Positions 20,576 to 30,606 of a stretch of DNA of 30,606 nt are shown here, one piece after another (within the stretch, counting starts at the first letter, position 1; every line of letters starts with the position of its first letter). The notes beneath the pieces were generated by a model. The model was not told the origin of the DNA and searched no databases. It worked only from the letters and a program-made list of their open reading frames with translations. Position numbers and translations under genes: made by a program. The DNA is from Balanoglossus misakiensis (Eukaryota > Animalia > Hemichordata): positions 11,077,777-11,108,382 of the forward strand of contig CM082577.2 in the NCBI GenBank assembly GCA_040954595.2, in the 5' to 3' direction.

Positions 20576-21932
20576 CAACGTTCCAGGGTTGCTTGCCTGG
20601 AGCTGTGTGATAATATTTAGTAGCGTAGAGAGTGGGGCTATAAAACTGTGTGTATGTTTACCTAAGTCCAGCCGTTGCCATTAACAGGCGTACATGGACA
20701 CCGAACAGAGGATCTGAGGTAAGTTTTTGTTTTTAATTTCCTTAATCGTGTCAAATCATATTATACATAATCAAAATTGTGTCTGTGTGTGCATAAGAAT
20801 ACTCCAAAGGGTTGTGTAAAACCACTCGTACGAGAAGTTAACATTTAGTCATTATAGTTGCTGTGTTTTAAGACAGCATTTTGTCAGGTCCAAATTGACG
20901 TAGAGTTTAGAAAATTGCGCACAATTACGACATGAACACCCTGCCGGAGGTTAGTTGTAGTAAAAAAGTCTATATTTGAAAGAGGTTAATTTTCCCGCTA
21001 CGTCGAATATACTGTTTCCTGAAAAGGCCGGGCAGTCTAAAATGTGATCAAAAATTGGAGTTGAAGCGTGCCATGTCGGCCATTGCGCGTAGTGCGTGGG
21101 CGTCACAGAATTTCGTAGTTTCGTTTACTACAATAAATCTAAACTACATGTACAAGGGTGACACTGTACCAGTGGTCCCTCATTGCGTGCTTATTCTGAA
21201 ATGTATTTTGAAAGTGCGACAATTCCGGTGTTCAAGTTGGTGGTGGTCGTTGGGGGGGGGGGGGGGGGTTCAAATCTGAAAGAAAATTAATTTATAAACA
21301 CTCATCAATGTAAGAACTTAATCTGGAAAATGTTAATCCATAATGCCCGCATTTAAATGCCGCTAGTGTTCCGGCCAACGTCCAGGGTTACATGTATAAA
21401 GCTTTGTGATATTATTAATAGCGTGACTAGGGAAACTATAACTGTGTGTAATTTTACCAAAGTCGGCCGTCGCCACTTAGTCACTCGGAGTGGTATATAT
21501 GGACACAGAACTATATACAGAGAATCTGAAGTAAGTTTTTGTTTTTATTTCCTTAATCGCGACAAACCAAAACAAAATGTTGAACTGCAATCCACTCGTA
21601 CAAAAATGTTGAGAAGTAAACATTATAGTCAAGTTTAAGAGGTCAATTTTCCCGCTACGTCGTATACTGACAGTTCACGATTGGGTATGAAGCACCGCCA
21701 TGTCGGCCATTACGCGAAATGTGTGGGCGTCAAGGAGTTCAGTATTTTCATTTACTACGATTAGTCCAAACTACAAGGGTAACACTTTACCAGTGGTCCC
21801 TCATTGCGTGATTATTCTGAAATGCAACAACTCTGGTGGTGGGAGGGGAGGGTGGGTCAAATTTGAGATAAAAATAATTTTTAAACACTCCCGAATGTAC
21901 GAAGTTTATCTGGAAAATGTTAATCCATAATG
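20576..21932 (+). repeat. Diverged tandem duplication (copy 1 ~20576-21345, copy 2 ~21376-21932) of the putative promoter/first-exon region of gene 2
   Basis: Shared colinear blocks: caacgt(t)ccagggtt; actgtgtgta; tctga(g/a)gtaagtttttgttttt; ccactcgtac; aattttcccgctacgtcg; gccatgtcggccatt; ccagtggtccctcattgcgtg; atctggaaaatgttaatccataatg. Confidence 0.9.
20639..20724 (+). promoter_or_regulatory. Putative TATA box, short non-coding first exon and splice donor of gene 2
   Basis: ggggcTATAAAA at 20639-20645 and consensus donor GAG|GTAAGT at 20718/20719. The paralogous donor GAA|GTAAGT is at 21531, with TATAAC at 21437. Confidence 0.55.
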
Positions 21933-22606
21933 TCTCTTGAACTGTGATTTATAATTCTCTTTGCGTTGTGTGAATATTTTGGCAGTAACTCTTGACCACA
22001 TTGTGATCGACGTTGGATTCGACCACTCGCGCAAAGGACCTTCGGATACACGGTAGGTGGACTTATTTAAATTTACATGTGACAACTCGGATCGGTCTGT
22101 ATCTAGCAGGTGGATTGGGTGAAAATGAGTAAACGTCTGTGTGTGTCTAACTTTTCCTGGGTTTTTGATTTTTGGAAACATCATGAACACTCAATGCAAT
22201 GTTATTCAGAAAACATAAAACAGTGATTAAAACTATATACCGGAAGTATAATTTCCATTGTTTAGATCTCTGCAATAACTTCAAACCAAACTCAAGCTGT
22301 ATGTAACAATTTTAAAATGAGAATCGTCAAGAGCCGATAGAGACGCCTGAACCAGTAACATTATAAAAACAAAATAAAACTCGATACCACTTAGCAAATG
22401 TTGGTGTTTCGTTGACGCAATGTATAGGTTGTTTCCTCTCGCGATTCTCCAAATTTGCGAATCAATCAAATTGAAATCGGATGACAGAACTCCAACCCGG
22501 AAACATTTTGGGGTATTCTTTCATTATGTATACACATGATGTTATAACATTACGAATGTTATTTCCTGTCCACAGCCTTTGTATCTTTTAAACAAAGGAT
22601 ATAACC

Positions 22607-23968
22607 ATGGCGTTTAGGACATCAGACGACGAAATTGGAGAATGGAATGCTCTGAAGGAAAAACTCCATCGAGAAATAACACCAGGTATACAGACTATTC
22701 CACAATGGCATGTCTTCTACTTAAAGGCACATGAGCTGCAACTGGATTAAAAATAATGTTTAAATAATCTCATATATGATTTTAATTATGTCTACTAAAT
22801 GATTTTTCATGATAGTATCAAGGTCAACACTTATTTATGACAAAATGGCCAAAAATTAAAGAAAATAGAACATTTCTGCAATTTTTAAAAAAAGAGCAAT
22901 ATTGCAATGAAAAATGAAAGTCTCAGCGGAGTAAATTTACTTCCATGAGTTCTAGTGGATGAGATCATGTTTTGCTTATGAAATTTCATAACCAGAAATG
23001 CAACATTTTCATTGTGTCTTGCATTTTCCCGGTGGCGGCCATATTCGCTTGCGGCAAAGCTTTATTATTTATCTGGTTAAAACTTGCATACATGCACCCA
23101 TATTTAGGGTTTATAATACTTGTATATAATTCAGTGCCTACATCTGCATGGACTGATGATAGTACAGTTTGAAAAAAATATAATTATCCCAAAAGTTACA
23201 GCTTATATGCCTTTAAGATAATTAACAGAAAACATGTAGGTAGAGCAACAGGAAATATTGAACGACTGTAAACGTTCAAACCTAGATAAAAATGCCATGA
23301 TAAGTTTCCTCATGATGAATAATTTTATTATGAGAAAATAATTCGCATATTCACCAATGGTAGATCAATAATAATAATCAGCTGTATTTTAATATCCGAA
23401 GAAATGGCACGAGGCGTAACGAAAGATTTGATGTGTTTTGTCCATCTGTTTAACAGATGAACTGTTGAGATTCAAGACAGAGATAAGAAAACGACATCCT
23501 GAAGTCGGAGATCTTAACCACATCGCCACCACCCACAATTTATTGCAAACTTTAGATGAACAGAACGTTTTGAGGTGGAATAAGACGGAGGAGTTGTTTG
23601 CTGTCCTTGAAAACATCGGAAGGACTGATTTAGCTCTCGTCGTGCAGTATTACGCAGGTATTATGATGATAAAGTGCATTCCCGAAAATGTATTCACAGT
23701 AGAGTACAGTACAGTACAGTACAGTACAGTACAGTACAGTAAAGTACAGTACAGTACAGTACAGTACAGTACAGTACAGTACAGTACAGTACAGTACAGT
23801 ACAGTACAGTACAGTACAGTACAGTACAGTACAGTACAGTACAGTATGGTATAATGCAGTACGCCGCTGTGTAAATCTAATTTGGAACATAATCATTTGT
23901 TATTTATTGCTGAGATGACTTATGTTTGTAAAAAATGCCACTGCGTTCGCAATTTCCTTTTATATATT

Positions 23969-24015
<47 letters not shown>

Positions 24016-24139
24016 ATCTATCTATCTCTCGCTCGCTCTCCCTCCCTCCCCCCCTCTCTCTATCTCTCTCTCTCTCTCTCCCTCCCTCCCTCCCTCCCTC
24101 CCTCCCTCCCTCCCCCCTCTCTCCCTCCCTCCAGCACCG
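22607..24139 (+). CDS. Gene 2, 5' part: N-terminal death effector domain protein; exons 22607-22685, 23457-23657, 24135-24139; probably a paralogue of the Roco gene continuing through the right array
   Basis: Acceptor cctgtccacag|22576 and Kozak accATGG at 22607. Spliced translation: MAFRTSDDEIGEWNALKEKLHREITP/DELLRFKTEIRKRHPEVGDLNHIATTHNLLQTLDEQNVLRWNKTEELFAVLENIGRTDLALVVQYYA/AP, with the DED signature RxDL (RTDL). Phases 1-1 match. Confidence 0.85.
22725..23212. mobile_element. MITE with TTAA TSD (Kolobok-like), in the intron between the two DED exons
   Basis: TTAA|AGGCACATGAGCTGCAACT ... AGTTACAGCTTATATGCCT|TTAA; TIRs match at 16 of 19 positions. Confidence 0.8.
23703..23846 (+). repeat. 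(AGTAC)n pentanucleotide microsatellite
   Basis: Direct reading; source of the spurious YSTVQ/LYCTV ORFs. Confidence 0.97.
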
Positions 24140-24145
24140 GTAAGC
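23972..24145 (+). other. (CT)n/(CCCT)n tract followed by a 5-nt microexon CACCG (24135-24139)
   Basis: ccctccctccAG|CACCG|GTAAGC. It completes the phase-1 codon (G+CA=Ala), adds CCG (Pro) and exits in phase 0. Confidence 0.75.
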
Positions 24146-24999
24146 AAGTTTTTAGTTTTATTGATATTACAGTTTTATGGCCACTTCTTTCTGCATTAAT
24201 TAAACGGAAATGTTGCCTTTGCTCAATGTTAACTTCGCAACAAAGAAACTATAGTCTTTACCCTCAAGATTTCCTGGAAACAGCCAAACGATGTAAATAC
24301 ACAGTCGAACAAAAACGGAAGTCAAGAAAACAGGCGACGTAGCAAATCTTCAAGAATGAGTGATGCAATGTGATCCTTAAAAGTGGCGCACTGCATATAC
24401 AGAGTAAATTCAACAATATAACGGTTTAATTAATCAAAAACATCTTTATTACACCTTGCGTATTATGTCGTTCTCGTGATTACCTGAGATGCTCTCACGT
24501 AGTATACAAAAAAGTGATATAACATCACAAGAACTGATACAGCCCTCTCGCGTGCGGTGATATTTTACAACCGAATCCGGGCCTAGTTAATGCCACCGTA
24601 AAAACAACTCTATCAATTGTAACAATGAATACGGCAAAGAAAATCCAATAGTAAAAAATAATCAACAGTTATGACTAATAATACTCTTATCTGAAGGTAT
24701 CTTGTTAGCAAGTAAATCAGCAATGAATCTTTTTAACTGCATCACTGCAACGGCAAAGATGTCCATTCACATCGCTCGTCGTAACACTTTGCAATGTCCT
24801 ATTAATCTGTAAACCGTGAAATTGTTAAGACCCGCCTCCGTGTCAGGATACAACAGGTATTTCAACATTTCCACATTGGACATAATCTGTTTGCGGGGGG
24901 ATTAAAATCGTAGTGTACAACACCATTAATGATCAACTTCATCTCATCTTTTGACTTCCTTGTATATTCTTTGTGTCATTTAGGCCTAACTACTTGGGT

Positions 25000-26030
25000 G
25001 TAATTTGGGGCGCCCTCTATGTAGTGTGCTTTCCCGCCTTCTGGAGAGAATTTGCTCCATTTGTAGTGCTTCCGCCATCTTGCAGCGTTACTCGAGCAGT
25101 CGCTCGCTCAAAACTCATCGTAATCCAGTTCTTTCGTCGTTAAATCGGCAACAATATGTCCGATCACTCAGATACAGAAATTTCCCCGCAGTCCGAAAGG
25201 CGAACTCCTAACTGCTCCGGTTGCAAGCAACCAGTAAAAGGGCATCGCGCTCTTTGCTTACAACCCGGCCCTAACTGCACAGGCGTGCCTACCAGTACTT
25301 CACAAGGCGCAGATGGAGGTTCTGCCATGATTCTCACTCCCCCCGCCGTTGTCGAGCCGACTGTCGACTCATCTGAGTTCGAAGACCTGCAAGCCAGACA
25401 GGCCGAACTGATAAAGAAAAAGCACTAGCCTACTGCTGCAGAAACGAAAACGGCGTGTATTACAAAGCCGCATGTCAGACCTGCAACACGAAGTTGCCGC
25501 CCTCCGAATACCTGTACATTTTAGCGGATGGCACATTTCGCACCATCACTGATTTGCATTTCATGAGCTTACCCAATAGTATGCATGTGACAGAAGTGGC
25601 AGTGACAGTCACCTATTTCACCTATTTTCATTATGAGCTGTAAACATTCACAGTGCACCTTTCCTGCGCCGGGATGTATTCGTAGAATAGGACTCATTTT
25701 ATTATTTCAGGTTCGTTCATAATGGCTTGCTCTTCATCAGCAAACAACAGTTTTGCAAGCTTCTGTATTTGCCCCAGGGACAGTTCAAATTTGAAAAGCC
25801 AGTGGAAGGCTTTCGTTTTGTTTTGCGACTCCTTCGGCTGCAATCCAACACCGGCATCACCGCCTGTTTTTTCCCATGTTTATTACCTTTTTATCTCGTT
25901 CAGTCAGTCCTGTACACTCGCTGGAAAATTTTCTGCACGATGTTTCTCAGTGGCATTCGTATTTGAACATTGAATTCCTGCTCTTGAGGGTTTCCACGTG
26001 AAACAGACCTTACGAGGTCTCCAGCGACTG
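25000..26030 (+). mobile_element. Degenerate, internally deleted DIRS/Ngaro-like tyrosine-recombinase retrotransposon relic
   Basis: ORF 25156-25428 begins with a Cys/His motif (CSGCKQPVKGH...GPNC) like ORF1 of such elements. 25760-26030 reads across frameshifts 'FAPGT..NLKSQWKAFVLFCDSFGCNPTPASP...FITFLSRS...SLENFL..V..WH......F.VKQTLRGLQRL', resembling the N-terminal SAM-like domain of DIRS recombinases. Confidence 0.65.
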
Positions 26031-26635
26031 TAAATCATTTGCTTATTTGCGTTATATGTTAGCCCACAAAAGTGCTGCTCCGTCACAACACTTCTGCAAG
26101 AGCATTTGCGTTCCCACTACAATCAGTCTTTTGTCTTGAAGCTTTCACATTTTTTATCCGACGTGTTACTGTAGGTATCTTTCTTGCAAGTTATTTTACG
26201 GGCTAATGGGAACTCCCTGAAGGCTTCTCCCTCTGGTTTGACGGCTTGGAGCTGGTTTTGTCAAACTCCTTGCGTATTAAAGATTTTGTCAAGTTTCCGC
26301 CAACCCTTGAGTGTATCGCATTCTGTTCCTTTCCATTAGCCCACTAGCTTTCAAACATTTCCACAGTTTGAGTATTTCATGTGTATTTGCATACGCCAGC
26401 AATTAACTCACTACACATGTGTTTTCCTGTACAATTGCTACATAAGTGGAGTTCCAGAGAGGCAGCCACTAATTCTAATGTTTCGTTGTCATGAGAACAA
26501 TTGAGATAATGTGATACAGTAGATAATTTTACCAGGCGCACATTAATTTTGTATGCTCACTTTTAAGCATTTACATGTCTCCTGCTTTGTAATTTTATTT
26601 CTCCTAGCATTTGTAACAATGAATTTTAGGCTTTA

Positions 26636-27473
26636 GGGCCTGGTCAGAATTAACAGGGGGGGGGGGGAGGCCGGTGCGATTCAAAATCCGCATGCATGAA
26701 AAATACTGACCCTCCACCGATTTCTTGCACAAAAAATACTGACCCTCCCCCTTCTCCATGAATAAATCAAGTGACCCTCCCCACAATATCTGATGATTCA
26801 TTCTGATTTGTACAATCAGATATTACTCAGTCAAACCAGGCAAAGTTCACATGTGTACAGAAAATTTGTAGACCACAATTAAAAACACCTCAGTTAGTTA
26901 TTTGCTTGTTTCCTCCAAAGTGTGACATTTGCAGTACATGAATACTTTGATTCCTATGGCTTTTAAATATTGATTTTGAAATTTTCACTCTAATTCCTCA
27001 ACATACTTTTCCTAGATAAATACAGTTATATGTACTTCATATCATTGTTAGTATCTAAAACAGAAAAAGTTATTAAATGGACAACCTCGATGATACAAAT
27101 CATGGAGAATTGTGGGTAAAATATCCTACTGTGCTCCCCTTCCCTTAAGAAATTAGGGTTAGGGTTAGGGGATTTAAGATCACATACTGGTACATGTGTA
27201 TGTTTTGTGAGTTGTGTGATGTATTTTGTAGTACAAGGGATGTCAATACATCCATACAGGAGTGCCTATATGAGCGCAAGTCTCTTTTCAGGATTTCTCT
27301 GTAACACTTCAAATTTTTTGACATTATCGGCGTCATCCTTGCACAAAAATTAGTGACCCTCCCTTTGACAAGTGCCCAAAATGTAGCGGCCCTCCCCCAA
27401 ACCGTTGCATGAGAAATGGCGACCCTCCCCCCAATTCGCACCGGCCTCCCCCCTGTTAATTCTGACCAGGCCC
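26636..27473. mobile_element. PIF/Harbinger-type MITE (838 bp)
   Basis: TIRs GGGCCTGGTCAGAATTAACAGGGGG..AGGCCGGTGCGA / TCGCACCGGCCTCCCCCCTGTTAATTCTGACCAGGCCC; TTA TSD at 26633-26635 and 27474-27476; subterminal GACCCTCCC repeats at both ends. Confidence 0.92.
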
Positions 27474-27869
27474 TTAGCTGTCTGTGTTCATGTATATACG
27501 GATATCGTGAATAAATAGTCTCCTCGAAAACTACTACTGCAACAGTCGTAATACCGGCTGTGTATAAATTTACATCATTTCGTATCGATCGGGCATCTTC
27601 AATATTATAGTCAGAGATCACCCGAGATCCCTTGTGCCGGCTTTAAATTGTGTTATTATTCAAATAAAACATACCAAGGGGCAATAATAATGACCAACAG
27701 TAAAACATTAACTTCTAAAACTATCAAGAATACAGTCACATCGATAGGCAATGACGTTAATGGGACTACATCTTCCCGAAAGCTTATGCTGAAATTTAAC
27801 TGTTGATCAAAGAGTGCTACAGAACTTTATTGCATATTATACCGAAGATCAACACGGCAATACTCCGAT

Positions 27870-30606
<2,737 letters not shown>

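Noticed and set aside
23630-24342. ORFs with YSTVQ/LYCTV and SLPP repeats
   Set aside because: Read-through into (AGTAC)n and (CT)/(CCCT)n tracts; only 23457-23657 and 24135-24139 are supported as exons.
26608-26612. ctcctAG|CATTT|GTAACA possible second 5-nt exon
   Set aside because: Poor donor, and it would shift the frame if added after CACCG.
27153-27171. (TTAGGG)3 telomere-like run
   Set aside because: Only three copies, inside the Harbinger-type MITE; not a telomere.

Overview
AT-rich, intron-containing animal DNA, probably a marine invertebrate (the taxon cannot be fixed from sequence alone). The window appears to span the junction of two tandem, same-strand paralogues of a death-fold/Roco gene. 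Gene 1 (3' half, 8453-13751) has exons encoding a Roc GTPase, a COR domain and a C-terminal death effector domain (DED). Gene 2 (5' half, from about 20.6 kb) has a duplicated TATA/non-coding first exon, an ATG exon, an N-terminal DED exon and a 5-nt microexon. The main observation concerns the ~420-500 bp 'satellite' at both ends (1-6740 and 27870-30606). Every unit has the form (CT)n tract ...CAG | NNN | GT(A/G)AGT, i.e. a candidate 3-nt, one-codon microexon. All 20 visible copies keep AG and GTRAGT, while the triplet takes 8 forms and is never a stop (left array W-D-D-N-W-W-D-W-D-N-W-A-D-Y-G; right array Y-G-P-T-Y). Splice phases of the flanking exons put the triplets in phase 0. The inferred protein is DED-[variable microexon-encoded peptide]-Roc-COR-DED, a candidate immune or recognition diversification system. 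This is inferred from DNA only and needs transcript evidence. The rest comprises a LINE fragment, a DIRS-like relic, several MITEs, microsatellites and a degenerate tandem repeat.
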